A stretch of 64,000 nt of DNA from Candidatus Omnitrophota bacterium. GTDB taxonomy: Bacteria > Omnitrophota > Gorgyraeia > Zapsychrales > JANLHA01. The notes under the pieces were generated by a model, which saw only the letters and a list, made by a program, of their open reading frames with translations, was not told the DNA's origin and made no database searches. Location of the stretch: assembly GCA_038222225.1 (NCBI GenBank), contig JBBRHV010000001.1, positions 13,864 through 77,863 of the forward strand, given 5' to 3'. A program made the translations under genes and the position numbers. Each line of letters begins with the position of its first letter. The stretch's first letter is position 1. Of this stretch, positions 9,101 through 24,100 are shown one piece after another.

Positions 9101-12100
9101 GAAAGTAGACGGAAAGAAAAAAACCACGCAAAAATCCGGCGGGTTGTTGAACAGTATCAAAGGTCAGAACCTGTTCGGCGAAGGCGTGTGGAACGGCGGG
9201 AAGGTCGTTAAGGAAGAGAGCACAAAACTCACGGACGCACAATTCCGTTATTTTTTTGTTATGGGTGTGATTAACATTACAACGCAAGCTAAAAATGATT
9301 GGGCCATTGATCAGGTGAACACCAATCTGGCCGGAGGATTTGTCAACAGCGCGAGCGATCTTTATGTGGACGGAGGCATTGCCAAAAACATCAGATTATC
9401 GCTGGGATTTTTATTATCTGGTTTTAATAAACCGGAGATCACGCGGGATATTCTGGGGTTTGCTTATTGTGACTGGAAGGCCGTGCAGACCGGGCAGGTC
9501 GCGGTCAGTAAAGAGGTCTCCAAAAAATTAGTAGATCTGGGAGCAGACAAAGAGAACGCCAAAACAGCCCAAAAGGAAGCGCAGATAGTGGATCGGGCGG
9601 TTTGGGTTCTGTCGATTTCTGAGATGGTAGATTTGGGGAATAATCAGTACTCAGCTATGACCGGCTATAGCATGGTCGGCGTTGGGTGGACGGGATGGGA
9701 CATAGGAGAGAAGGATTTCGGGCGAGGGTTCAGTCATTTAAATTTAAAGATCAACCCTAAAATGGCAGAAAAATTAGGAATTTCAGAAAAGGATATTGAA
9801 AACGGCTTAAAACCAATTAAGGACGGAGAGCTTGCCGGGGAATTTGATAATGCTGCCTCAATCGAAGGGCTTGGGCCGAAGACGGTTTTAGGTATAAAAA
9901 ATGGATTAACAGCGCTGTTTGTTGAGCCGGGGTTAGATACGAACATTAATACATCTATTCGGTTGGCCGGATGGGATCAAGCCGAAGAGATTAATTTTTC
10001 GCGTGGTGCAGGCAGTGAAAGTTGGATGGGAGATGTTAAAAATCCGCATAATATTTCTCTTAAGGAAATGGGTGATCCCGCCAACCGCTTTGTGACCGAC
10101 AGAAAATATACGATAAGCTATCAAAAGGACTATCTTTTCCCGACGGTAAAGAACGCGACATGGTTGATCGGGCGGGTGAGTATAGGCCGGGAGACCTGGG
10201 GATATGAGCTCGACGCAGCAGACAAAACAAAACATCATCTGATGGAGCTGAAGAGCTTCTCAGGGATTAAACGAGCTTACGCAGGGGAAGGCGATCAAAA
10301 GATCTGGAAGCTGGAACAGCTGGATAAACCAAGGCTGAGTGTTTTCGGAATTAAGGGAAAAGTTTTTGGGGAAAAGTTGGCAGAAGCGTTCGCAAGTATG
10401 GGCATTTTTGATGCCGACAGCATTAATAAAGTTTTAAACGGCATCAATCCAGAAGATCTGAAAAGTCTGTACGACGCCGCCAGTGGCAAACTCAGCCCGC
10501 AGCAGAAAAAAGCTGGTTTGACGGCGCTCATTCAGAAGGCCATGGTGGATATTTTGGCTAAGGAAAGTTTTGAGTATAAGTCTCTGAAGGGAGCCATGGC
10601 AGAAGAGGGCGTTAGGATTGCCTTATTTGAAAAGTGGGGAGAAGACAAAAAGGTTGCGGAAAGCGGCCTGGCGCTTTTGGATTTGGGAGATAAACGCGAG
10701 GCTAAGAAAGGCGTGGACCGCTTTGTGTTCAGCCTTAATGCAGACAACCGGCTTTTGATGAATCCGCAGACATTGGATCTTCAAAAAAAGGAAGGCAAGA
10801 ATTCGGCGATAGACGGACTGGGAGTTTTTGAGATTGAAACTTTGGGGATTTCCAACGAAGATATTTTGCAGGGCCGGATAGCGATCGCTAAGGAAGGCGT
10901 CGGGGAAGCACAAATACAGGCCTATCAAGTGGCATTTCAGGCTTTGGATAAATCCGCCCGTCAGATCGCCGGGGTTCAGAATGCCCTGGAGACCATGAGC
11001 GCGCAAGAAGAGAGGGTCGCCAGCTTAACACAGCAGTTGCAGAATCCGGATCTTGACGCTGCGAAGAAAGAGGAACTGAAAAAAGAGATCGCGATCTTAG
11101 ATAGGGAAATAGGTTTGATGAAGGGCAATCTTCTGGTGGGGCATCAGGATATCGTGCAGAAGATTCGCAGCAAAGAAAAGGAAGTCGCTGATCTCATGCA
11201 GCAATGGAACAGTTCGGAATTCGGTTCCAAAAAGAAAGTGGCGCTGGAAGAAAAGATGGCTGCTCTGAATGTGGACATCGTTTCAATGAAAAAGAGCCTT
11301 CCGGAATATGTGCAGATTCTTGCGTCCAAAGACGGGGGTACGAAGGCAGCGTTAGGTAAAATAAAAGAAGAAGGCGCTAAGCTGGCTGCAAATTTGGCAG
11401 AGGTACAGAAGCTCAATCCGCTTACCGCCGGCGAAAAACGATTTGCCCTTGCCAGAATGTTCTTACCGACAAAAGAAGGAACGCATGCCACCTCTTGGGC
11501 AACCTCGTTTTTCCAGGAACGCCCGATCGCGAATTTAAGCTGGGAGTCTTTAAAGAAATATTATACCTATGAGAAAAAGGATGGGGTAACGCCTACTCCC
11601 GAAAAGGTCGCCTTAGGACTGGCGACTGTGGCAAGGGGTGAAAGCGCCAGTTCTCCTTGGGGAAACCTTGGCCAGACAGAAAGCCTTTCGGAATATGTTA
11701 TTAAAGGGAAGTGGACCAATATAAGAGAAACCGGCCTGGTTCATGTTCTGGACTATGAGCTTGGGGATATTCAAATGGGAGCCAATGGAGCCTTGGTGTA
11801 TGAAACCATCGGCACCGACGGAGCTATTTTAAATTTTGACCCGGCCACCGGGCGCGTGATGAAGTACGCTGCTGCTCAGGACGAAACGATTGAAGTTCCA
11901 ACAACGCTGAATAGTGATTTTAAGGAGAATTATGCGGGGACGTATCAAACGCATATTGTTTCGAATCAGAACGGCGTGCAGGTTGGAGGCGGCTCGATCA
12001 TCAGCCACGGGGACAAGTTCGGATGGTCTATCGGCCGCTTAGCGGATGTAGAAATTAAAAATAAGATCGCTGTTTATGATGGCATTAATTCTTATTATTT

Positions 12101-15100
12101 TGACCAGGAGGGCGGCAAGCCGGGGCAGTTCCGTGTCGCTAAAGAATATGAGCTGAAATACGACATGCTGAAATCCGGCTATACCAAAGAAGGCGTTAAG
12201 GACGGCGAAATCGCCCATCGGATGACCGCGGATGTTTTTGAAATGGCTTCGTTTGAAGTCGGCGGAGAAATCGGATATTCTTCGAGCGGAAAAATCTTCG
12301 GTTTCGACGATGCGTCGATCCAGCCGCTGTACCGTTTTGCTGAGGGAAAAAACGCCAAGCTGTTTGCCAAAGTCAAGAACGATCCGGCTGAGCGAGAATA
12401 CAAAGCTGAAAAGATCAATTTTAGTTTTTCAAACGATGGCGACGGGACGTTTGTATCTTTATCCAACTTTACGCTTGTCAAAGGTCAGCAAGACGCCAAA
12501 GCGGAAGGATCCGGCACGAGCGATATGAGTGTTGTGATGAAGGAAATTTTAGTCCCGATTCCGACCTTGTTTAACCGAAACACCGTGACTGCCCGTAAAA
12601 TGAGCAATGAAAATGAAGCGGCCGTTAAGCTCGCGGCCAAAAAACAATTTTCAAATATGAACGAGAAGATCGAGGCCATTGACGGAAACAATATTTTTGT
12701 TGTAACGGCGGCAGAAATGAAAGGCAGCGGAGCTTCTGAAACCGACACGGTTGTGCTGGTGACCGTTCCTGCTCATTCTGAGACGGACAAGCATGGGAAG
12801 ATCATAGAATATCCGGAAGCCTTGCGCCTTTATGTGCGCGAAGAGATTGCCAAAGATGTTTCTAAACTTTCCGATATCAAGATGATGACACACGAGGCAT
12901 TTTTGCAACAGAAGCAAATTGAGGTTGCGGCGGCGGACAATAAAACGAGAAAGGTTGCTTATTCAACAGCGGTTCGGCTGGACAACGAAGGGAACCCTCT
13001 TAAGGGATTGGATGACAGCGGCGCAGTAACGATGTTAGGAGATCTTTCACGTGAGGATTCCCCTTGGGGAAAAGAGATTGCAGCGCAGGCATCTCTGGTG
13101 ACCCGCATCATGGTGGTTGATCCAGCGGATATGCCGACCGGAGAAGGGATGGAGGGGGTCAACGCGGTTTTAAAAGGCAACATTTTGATTGTCACGCAAG
13201 CCGTGATCGACGATCCAAAAGAAATCAATGTGACCGCATTGTCGCATTTCGCTAAAGGAGAAATTATAACGGTGGTTAAAGCCGACGGCACCACCCGTAA
13301 AGTTCTTTTGAGCACGGAACTTTCTTCTGATGAGGGCAAGAAAGTTATCGAACTGGCCCAGCCGGCTTTAGATGCGCGAGCAGAGGCGCGGTTTGCTAAA
13401 ACTCATAAAAAAGGCGATGACCTGTTTGGGCGTAGTGTTTCTGAAGTCCGGGTGGTCGATGACGCGCTGATCGCCAACGGCCAGATGGCGCTGTCTTTTG
13501 AAGGAGATGTTTTGTATGTGGCAGAAGGGGCGCTGGCAAAAATGCAAGAAGCTCTACTGGGCACGCAGGAAACCGGAGAATTTTCGATGGGAGGACCGTT
13601 AGCGCTGGGAAACATCCGTGCTTCTCAAGCTGATCCTAACGGGGTTTATGCCAGCATTGCTTCAGGGCCTTTAGGCCGGATGATCTTAAATGAAAATAAA
13701 TTCACTCTTTATGAGGCTAATCTCAGCGAAGGGGATGTGCCGGGCGAGCTTAGAGCCAGGGACGCAAACGGAGTTCTGATGGGAGAGGCTTTGGTTGAAG
13801 ATGCCGGACCCAAGCGTTTGGCGTATATGTTTAGTCCGTTGCAGCAAGGATATCAGCCGGAGATCAGCGCAGATTTTAATATGAACGGGCGTCTTTTTGT
13901 TCCGGAGTCGAAGAAATTTTCAGTTAATATTTTTGAAGAAAAACAGGAATTAGCCAAGCCCCTGGGAGTTCCGGAAGGAATGCCGAATACGTTTTTGCCT
14001 CAGGCAAGCCGTTCCTTAACAAAATTTAGCGGGATTGCGGATTTTAAAGGCGGAGAGATCCAGATCCATGCCGGGTCAAGAGGCCAGAATGAAGCTTCGC
14101 AGACAATGGCCATAAAGGGAATCATTGACGGTAAAAATGAATGGGTTGCCACAACTCTCAAACAGACCAGTATGGATTTCTTTGATGACTTCGGTCGTAA
14201 ATCATTAAGCCAAGGCTTCTCGCAAGAATTAACGCGAGCCTTATCAAGTGAAAATTGGAAAGTAGCGGTCGATGAGGCGAAAGTGACGCCGGAGGCCGGT
14301 TTGCTGCGCTGGCATGGAGAGGATTTAAATCTGAACGGTTCTTCTGGTACGTTGTTCGCCAAGGTGACTTTGGCTGACGGAACAACGAAGGAATCAAAAG
14401 AGGTTCAGTACCGTCACACGTTTCTTGATCGGCGGTTGATGACCGATGCTGAATATGAAGTATATAAACAGGTTAATGCCGCTTCCCAGAATCAAGGGGG
14501 GGCGTTTGTCCCGCTGAGCGGCCGCGTTGCCGAAGCCTTTGTCAAATCGACGAAGGAAGGAGACCTTCCGATTGATCTGAAAGGTACTCAGATTTATAAG
14601 CGGCCCTTGAGTCAGGCCACGCGCGCGGCCTTGGCGATTTTGCGAAGCATTCTGCAGGATTACCAAGCCAATGGGACGGTTCACGCGAAGAAGGACATGT
14701 TCTTGCCAGGCATGGACAGCCTTGCTGCGGCTTTATCCGGCGCTTCTAAGGGAGAGCTGGACGCAATCATCAAAGAGGCGGAGCAGCTTTATGGGAGAGC
14801 GACACCGGATACGATTGTCAAGACCATGATTTATAAGAATTCTGACTTAGTAGCTATGATGTTGGATGTGGCTTTGGCTCAAGACGGCGCTGGGATGGCA
14901 TTTAAAAGCACTGCCGATGCCGACGGGCTTAAAAGCATGATTGAGACAGATGTTCATTTAGCAGTCTTAGGTAACGGCATGACCGGGATCAACGCTCTAA
15001 AGAATCTTGCTTTGAAGGCCGCGAACGGTGACATGGCAAAAGCCCAAGTAATGTTAAATGAGGTCTCGGCTGTTTTGAGCGGAACGTTCAGAGGGGCGGG

Positions 15101-18100
15101 AATGCTGAATGTTTTAAAACGCACGGAGTATAAGGATGCGGGCATATTAAATGAAATGATCCAGCTGGTTAAGCAAGGGAAAGATGGAAATAGCGGCTTT
15201 GGAGAGATGGAGGATTCCGCCAAATTAGCTGTGCTGGTTTTAGTTGCCGCGATGACTACGGGAAAGACAGACTTGATAAGCAATTTGGATAAGGATAATG
15301 CAGCTGTGAAGTTTTTAAAGCAGATGGGTTATCAACCCGGCATAGAGCTGACAAAAGTTGCCGAAGAATTTGCTAAGGCTTTTGATCTTTCAGATCCGGC
15401 GTTGACTGATAAGCAGAAAATGGAAAGGGCTTCGGGCCTTGCCCTTCTCACCAGTATCGGCAACACGATGAAAGGCGAAGATGATGCCGAGAATGCTTTT
15501 GAATTTATTATTCGAAATTCTGACGCGCTTAAAAACAGTAATTTGTTTTCTCCCAAGCAGGCAGTTTTGAATGAGTTATCTGAAAAAATAAATGTTCTTC
15601 AAAATTCAAGAACGAAAGACGCAAAAACAGGAGAGTTTAAACGTATAGGTTTGACTGTGTTTTCGGCAGATGCTTTGCAGGCTTTAGCGGATTTTGGCAG
15701 GGACCTTAGGGCATCAGTTGAATTGAACAACAAATTGACCGATGCCGGGATTTCTTTCGCGGATCGGGTTTCATTATTAGGAGAAGTCGACAAGCTGCAG
15801 ACGGAAAAAGGCGCAGATGGAAAAGCACTAAGCCCGATAGAGATCGTTGTGAGCTTGCTTGGCGGCGGGCAGAGGGCGCAAATTGCTAAAGTGTTCGGTA
15901 ATCAAGGACTGAATGAAACATTTTTGGATCAAGCGGTGCAGACCTATCAAACAACACAGCGCCAGGCGAAAGAAATAGAATTTATGAAGTTGGCGGGATT
16001 GATGATTTCAGAGGGACCGATCAATAAAGCAAATATTTCTGCGGATAAAGAAGGAGATCCTACTAAGGCGATCTTAAACGTTGACGCAACCAAAGGGCAG
16101 GGATTGTGGATCGCGTTTGGCGCTCCGCAGCAGAATCGTTTAGAAGCCTTTATGGCATCGCTTGCCGGCGGTAATGAATATGAGCTTTCAAAGGCTTTAG
16201 ATGCGAGCGGGATTTCAGTTAAGCAAAAGGAAGAGATTCAGCAGGCGGCTTCTGCGTTCAGTGAAGTGATGGCAGGAGCTGAATATACAGGTGTCAATCC
16301 GCAAGAGGCCTTTGCAAAACTTTTTGTCTCGAAACTTTCTGACGGTACCCTGCAGGCTTTGACCAGTGCAGGTGTGATTGATAAAATTGCACGGATTTCT
16401 AATCCAATCTATGACCAAAAGCAGCTGAATGTGAATTTCAATCCGCTCTTGGAAGGATCTGTGTTTACCAAAGGCGAGCCGGCAGGAACGCCTGGGATCA
16501 TGATTGCGCGCGATGATTTTTCGGGGATCAGTTCAGTTCTAAACAGCGGAGCAGTAACCATTAAGAACGGCATGTTCTTTATTCAAGAGGCAGGGCTTCG
16601 AACCACATCACCGATTTACGCGCCCGGCGTGATCGGACAGATGAAGAATGTGATCAATTATAAAGAAGGCGCGCCTGTCAGCGCTTCTTCGGTCGGCGTT
16701 CAGTATTCAGACATGATGACATCACAGGGCACAGAATGGAATGTTAATTACGGGCTGATCGCCATGCTTAAAGACGGTACTGCTTTCGGTACGTTTGATT
16801 TAGTAGGCGCAGATAAATATCAGCAGGATTATCTTTTTGTTCCGCAGGATTTTAAAGTGTCAGAAGGCTCGATGGCGTCTTTGGCGCAGGGTGAGAACGG
16901 TTGGACTCAGACCCGTTTTGCTGACGGCGCAACACTGAAAGGGGAATTTTTCGGCGGATATATGTCAAAGGATGGGCTTTTAAGCAGCGCAGTTTTGTAT
17001 GGAAAAGGCCCGTTCTGGGAACGGGTGAAAGAAACGCCGACTGGTTATACCCCACGCCAAACGAAAGATATGAATCTGGCAACTCTCGCCATGGTCGAAG
17101 GCGATAACATTATGGGCAATAGCAAGACTGATGTTAAAGAAGCGTATACCCGTTTTACGACGCCGGATAAAGACACGATAGTATCTGCCGTTCCGATGGA
17201 TATCGGACCGGATGGAAATAAAGCATATACGGCCATGGCTGAAAACGGCACGCGTTTGGTGTTTGCTCTTGGCTCCAAGGGCCCTGACGGTGAAGGCTAT
17301 TTTACCGGCATGCTTCGCCCGGATTTCAGACGGCCGGGAAGCTTGCATTTGTTTTCTAAGGATACAGTTCTTTACGATAAAAAAGGCAAGCTTGACCTGT
17401 CCAAGGCGATTATTCAATTTGTTAAAGGCCGCGGAAAATATCAAACCGATATTGGTAATTTCTTAAACGCAGCAGTGGATGAAATATTTTTATCAACAGG
17501 AGTTAAGCCGGGCGTGTCTGTTCGTGAGGGCATGTATGCTTACGGGCGGCTGCCTAGTTCAGAAGCAGTTATACCTAAAGGAAGAGAGGCGCCGGAACAT
17601 TTCGATACAACCGGTACACCTGCCGATGTGCTGGTTGGTCAAGTCTTTACGGAAGACGGCGGAAAATATTTCGGAAAAGGCTTTTTAGGGCGGTTTACGG
17701 ATAATGCGTTTGTTGGTCTTGCGAAGCAGCGGTCATTTCATGGCGATCTGGCGCAGAACGATATTCCTAATTGGCTTGGTTTTGAAGAAAAAGGGCTACA
17801 GGTTTTGGGTGAAGGAGGACAATGGCTTGGCGTAAGCAAGGATACATATAAGGCAAGAGTCTATCAGATATCGCTTGCCAAAAAAGAAGGCAAAGAAGAT
17901 GTCTATGTTCCTATTCTTATGAAGGCAATGACGTTTGCAAATGGCTCAGTAAGGCGGGAATTTAGACTGCAGGGCAAGGAGAAAAAAACAGATGCAGAGT
18001 ATGGGAGTCTTGTATTCAAGAAATTTGAATTGAATTCTCTTGTCGCAAAACTTGAGGCGATAATGCCTAAAGAGAATGTGGAGAAAAAAGACAACAGCAT

Positions 18101-21100
18101 TATCGTTGATGGCAAGAAAATCAGCTTAGATATGAATAGCATGTATCAATTCAGCATGAGGACGGCAAGTTGTCATGCTAACGGAATAGGCGGCTCTGTT
18201 GATCCACAGATGCAACAGCGCCTTGAACTGGCGATGTTAAAGGGTCGAATTCAAGGAACGAAGGAGGAAATTGCGTTTCTTGAGAGCGATGATTACCATG
18301 CGATCGGAGCCTATGGAACCAATTGGGGATATGTGATGGATGAGAACGGAAACGCGGTCCGCATGGAATATTATTTAGATCAGGGGCAGTTTATCGGCCA
18401 GCATGGTAGTGGTGAGGTTGTTCGGACCTTGGGATTACCGGTCATTGAATATCAAAAAGCCATCAAAGAGATCGCTGCTAATGCTGAAAAAAATAAGGCC
18501 GCGAAAGATACAAAGGGCACATTTAACCCCAATGACGTGAAAGTCGGAAGCGATGTCAAGGTACCAACCAGCGTTGACCTTAAAGAGACAGGATTTGTGC
18601 ATGTTGTTGATCTTAAGCAGAGGCTAACCAAGGAACAGGTCGGGATGGATCGTACCGCGCTGTATGATGTACAGGCAGGAGAACGGTCCGCTGGTTTTGT
18701 GATCGATGGAATTGATTTCGAGAAAGGGGAGATCCGTACCCGTTCAACAATGGATCTTGCCGGTACGCAAATTCTTTTGCCAAAGACGGATCTTATTGAT
18801 AAACGGGCAAGCGTGTTTAATCCTTTGAATACGAACGGCAACACGTTTGCGGTTCGCGAGGGAGGCAACAAGAATTCATTTAATCTTTACGCCTGGCAGG
18901 CTTCGCAAAAAGAATACAACAAACAGTTGAAAAAAGCTATCAACGAAACCGGAGGGAAGGCGGTTTTCGATTCGAAGTTTATCGCAAAGCTATTAAACGA
19001 ACCGGTTCCTGCTGGTGGCATGTTTGGTCTTAGCAGAAATCAGAAGGAAAGCGTGAAAATCGTTATTGCGAATCTTGCGACGGCGGAATTTAATAAAAAA
19101 TGGTTTGAGGACGCGAATAATGAAGGCTTCTCGCTGAACTTCCGGGGCATGGATGGTTCCGATGAAATGGCATATATCACCGAAAACCGCAAAGATGGCG
19201 GGTTGGGGATGCTGTTATTTAGTTATAGAGGCGATGCGGCGCTGTTGAATTTTATGAATAATCCAGATCCTATGGCGTATACGAAACCGGAAGAGCGTGC
19301 AGCGCTCCGGATGAGAGAAATTCTTTTTGGTGAAAATGCCGGCCTTGAAAAAGAGATGGTCGATTTTACGGTGAGCCAGCATTATAAAAGTCTCATGCGC
19401 AAAGAAGAAGACTCAAAGATCAATGAATTTCAGACAAATAAGGATGCCGGAATACTTTTAAGCGAGGATGAAAACTATAATAAGCTTACAAGCATTACTG
19501 TTTCTAAAGCAGCTAAAGAGGATAATTCTAAACCGGGATTTATTGCCCGGCTCTTTTCTGACGGTGAGACATTCACCAAGGAAGAGCTGGAGGCTACCAG
19601 AGCTCAAAGAGCCATTGAGTGGCAGAAAAGAAGTTTGAAATATAAAGGAGCGGAATGGTTTGATTTGGCTGCTGATGACGTGACGTTCAAATTTTTATCG
19701 AGCGGGCGCAGAATTGAATATGCCGAGGATGAAGAGTTTGCCAAACGCGCCTTCTATGATTTGGCCTATCATGGATATGATGGATTAAATGTTCACGCTC
19801 ATGCTTTAGGAACATTGGGCAATATGGTCACAACAATGGCCGTTATTGACACGGTGAATTATGCGTGGATGGCAGTAGAGGCAGGCGTGCTGGTTGTTGG
19901 TACGGTGACGACGGGTGTTGGGGGCGCTGCTGGTGCAGGTTTGATGGAAAGCATCAGGCAGGCGGGGATCAGAGCGACCACGAAGTTATTAATGGCCGCA
20001 GCGAAAAGATCTGTTATAGAAATGATAGCAAAAGGCGCCGTGAAGAGGATGGTTATCGGAGCCGGTGTCAACATTGCCGCAACGGCGGTTTTTTCCGGCG
20101 GAGAAGCCAGTTTTGGTGATTATGCTCAGGCGGGTGTTTGGGGAGCTTTGTATTCCCGTCCGTGGAAAAAGGCGTCAACGTATTTGGCAGGACGCATGGC
20201 CATTGCCGGCAGTATTAAAACAGCCGGTCGCGGGATTGCTGCTGTAGGCGGAGGCATCGGCAGGGGCGTTGTCCAATTTGGAGGTAGGATTGGTACGGGG
20301 ATTTCTGATGCTGGATCAGCTTTGGCTGGAAGTATAAGCAGCAACCGTTATGGCGCACAAGCTTTAAGGGCTGCGGAGGTCGCGGGATTTGAAATGAAAC
20401 AAGCTGGAGTGTATATCGGGAAACCCCTTGTCCGGTTCGCGCAAACAGTTAATAAATATCAAACGCCTATAAAAAATGCTGCGATCGGGCTCGGGGCCGC
20501 ATCTGTCGTTGGAGTCGGCGGATACTATGCCATGAATTCTCAGCAAGGGCTTCCTTCTTTTGTAAGAGACAACAAGCTGAGCCTTGCTGTGACCGGAGGA
20601 TTGGTGACAGGAGGACTTTATTTTGGCAAAAAGTATGGGGCATCGGCGCTGCTGGGAATCGATAAATTTGTACAAAATACCATATTCTCAACAGCACCGG
20701 GAAGAATTGCTTTCGGAACCGCGCTTGGCCTTTCGGTAGGATATGGCATCAACAATCTTGCAGGAAAGGACAGCTATGATTCCAGCGGATTTTTCTATTC
20801 TGCCGGGGCTTTAGCTGCTGTAGGCGGGGCAGCTCTTTTAACTAAAAGAATGCCGGCTTCAAGTTTGTTAAGTATAAAAACAGGCTTGGGTAAATATATT
20901 ACTACTCCCATAGGCGGGTTCGCAAAAGCGCATCCTTATTGGACAACCGCTGCTGTTGGAACCATTGGGTTGGAGATCGCGAATGGGTATGGAACAAAAG
21001 AGAGCAATAGCGGGTCATCTTATTTTGGAAGGCCAACGATCGGTCTTTTGGCGGCGATGGCTGCGGTTCGCGCAGGGAAACCGATGGCACGGCTTTTGAA

Positions 21101-24100
21101 AGCCAATCCCGAAGCATTGTTATTCAGCTTTTATCAGACAGGCACTGACGTTCGATATAATCAGGATCCGTCACAAAATACTCTTGCGGGGAATGTGCTT
21201 AGAAGTGTTCTTTTGGCGCCCGGCCGTGCCGTTGTCGGTGGAGTGGCAGGACTCGGAAATCAAGTGGGACTTAAAAATCAAGGCCGTGAATTTTTGGCGC
21301 GCAAAACGTATGCGGAACAAGAGGCGATTTTTACATCTGCCGAAAAGAATTTGGGCAGCGTCGGGGCGGCTGGGCTTTCTTTTGCAACTGCTTATACCCG
21401 TTCCGTATTTGCATGGGGGACCGGCGCTTATCAGACGGCAGCGTTGCTGTCGCCGCTCGATACGATCGCAGAACTCGCTGACATGACACGCAAACCCAAA
21501 AATATTCCGCAGGATACCCCGGAAGATTTCAAATTCTCTCATTTGGCTTGGATGGCCGGAAGCATCATGGGTGTGAAACCCGGGGTGAGCAATTTTATAA
21601 AGCAAAAACCAACATCGTATTTAGAAAAGTTATTGAGCGAAACACACGCATCCATGCCAAGTTTTGTCTTGGTTAATTCAGCTATTAATATTTTTGCGCC
21701 AAGCATTTTTGGTGAAGGCGCCGATCAAATTGACAAACGCATTCAAGCAACGGCGTATCAATCCGACAATATTGCCCGGGGGGCGTTTGGCATGGGCTTG
21801 CTCTGGCAGGCAGCTTCGCCGTTGATCAAGGGGATTTCCGGACGGTTCTCCAGTCGGGTTGAGGGATGGAAGCCGCTTACGCAGACGACAATGGGTGGAG
21901 GATTAGCTGTAGCTGGGACCGCTATGCATGTGTATGGGACCAACTGGAAAGCAGAACTAGAAGAGACAGGCTCTTCTGATGGGGTCTGGGCGAATATCAT
22001 CGCAAACTCCGGGTTGATTGTGCAAGGGGTCGGAACAGCCATTTTGTTGAAACGGACAAGAGCCAATACCTGGAGTGAGAGATTTTTGGAATCCACAAAG
22101 GTTGCTGAAGCGAAAAATGCTGGTTTGTTTAGAGGAGGACCGGGCACTTTAACAGCAGGCGTGACCGACCGCTTTATCCGTGCAGCAGCGTTTGGGACTG
22201 AAGCATCTTTGGGTATTTTGTCAGCTGCGAGTGTGGTTTATGGCAGCAAGAAGCTTGTATTCGACCCGGCCTTGAGCGCGTTTGAGGCCCGTCAAAGCAA
22301 TGAGGCTAAAGGAGGTTTCTGGAGCCATTTTGCCGCGAATTATGTTGAAAAAAGCACCCCGTATCTTTTAAGGGGGCGGGCATATTCAATGGAGAAGCCC
22401 ACCGATCTTTTATCCTTGGCAAAGGCTTTGAATGATAAAGAGCGTGGCATTGAAATTATTGAAAATGAGGCCACGTTTGACGAAAATCGAAAAATTATAA
22501 ACAGTAAGAAATATTCAAAGATGTCTAATGATGAACTTAAGAAAGAGGCGAAAGCGTTAGGTTTAGGAGAAGCGGGAGTTGAGCAATTACTTAAGGATAA
22601 GCAACGGGATACTGTCGTGTGGGCCATCATTTCCGAAAAAGTCAAGAGCGCGATGGAGGCACGTAAGGAAGTGGTTGTTACCAAAGATGGAGAGAAGATC
22701 GAAAGATATAGTCTAGATGGAATGGAGCTGAGGAAAAACAAAGACGGCGAATACGATCGCAAGGTTGGAGGCTATGGAACAGATTTACCAATCTATATAC
22801 TCGAAGGCTTGATGGTGGCTGCCACCGTGAAGGGGGCAAGAGAATATAGTTCCAAACTTAAAACATTGAGAAACAAGCCTGACGCAGCTGAAGGCGTACT
22901 CAGGGGCGGATTGAAAGAGTATTGGGTGGAGGCTGGTCCAAAAACAAAAACAGCTTATGAATTCGGGCAAAAGAATCCATTTGGTACTGCGGCAGCATGG
23001 GCCGGCGCTGGAGGAGTCTTGTACGGCGGCGGGTATTTATTGGAAAGTTATGGAAAGACAGAACAAAGCAAAGCGGCTCAGGACTGGGGCAAGGCATTAA
23101 AATTTGTCGGTACAGTTTCTGTGGGAATCGGCGGGGCGGTTGCAATCGGCGGCATGGGGGACATGCTTTTAAAAGGATCTGGATCCAAGGTGAGTTTTGC
23201 CGGAGGGGCTCACGTTGCAGGGCGGATGGCCGGAAATATGGTTTTGGAAACAGCGAATAATTTATTGACTGTTATGGCTCCGTTATCCGGCGTGTTGGAA
23301 GGCGTTTCCTGGATGGCGAATAAGGCTGTTCCGTTGGCTGGGTCTGAAATGGAGAAGAATTTCTTGAAATACACGGTTGCCGGGTTCTGGGATGATACTC
23401 AGGTTTTGACTAAAGATGGCAAGTGGATGGACAGAGCTGCGGTTAAATATGACGGCGCCACGTCCTTATTGGGAATAGCTGGTCGGGCATATTCATCCGG
23501 ACTGTTTGGTTATGATGCCGCGACAGGAGAATTGAAAGTTGCTTCATTGGGCAAGATTCCCACGACGCCTCAAACATTGCTTCCTCTTCCTGAAAGTATG
23601 GGCGGCCTTCCCGGCGATCAATATAAAGGCGTTCAAGGGCAGATGATCGGTTTTTCTGCCGCCTTGACGGCGTTACGGGCGGCGACTCCGATGCTTAAAC
23701 ATGTTCAGGCCGGAGATTTTGGGCGACGGTTCCAGGCGATGAATCATGCGTTTGATAAGACATTCCAGATTGATTTTTTTGAAATGAATAAAAATTCGGC
23801 GGTCGGCAGGATGGTCAACAACTTCCCGCTTCATCCGGCGCGCATGATTGGCGGAAGCATTGAGGAGATCGGCGAACAGTTTGCCCAGATCGGCCTGCAG
23901 ATGACGCCGGTGGGATATGTGGGGCCGATCTTAAAAGCGTTTGGAGTTTCTCCGGCGGCAGCGCGCAGTTTTTCAGAACAATTCAATGAGGTCGCTCAGG
24001 AAATTGTGTTAAGCGGGCACACGATTGGTGTGAATAATTTCCGTTACGCCAATCGGGAAATCCTGCAATTTTTAACCGGGAACGCCAGCCAATATTCCGG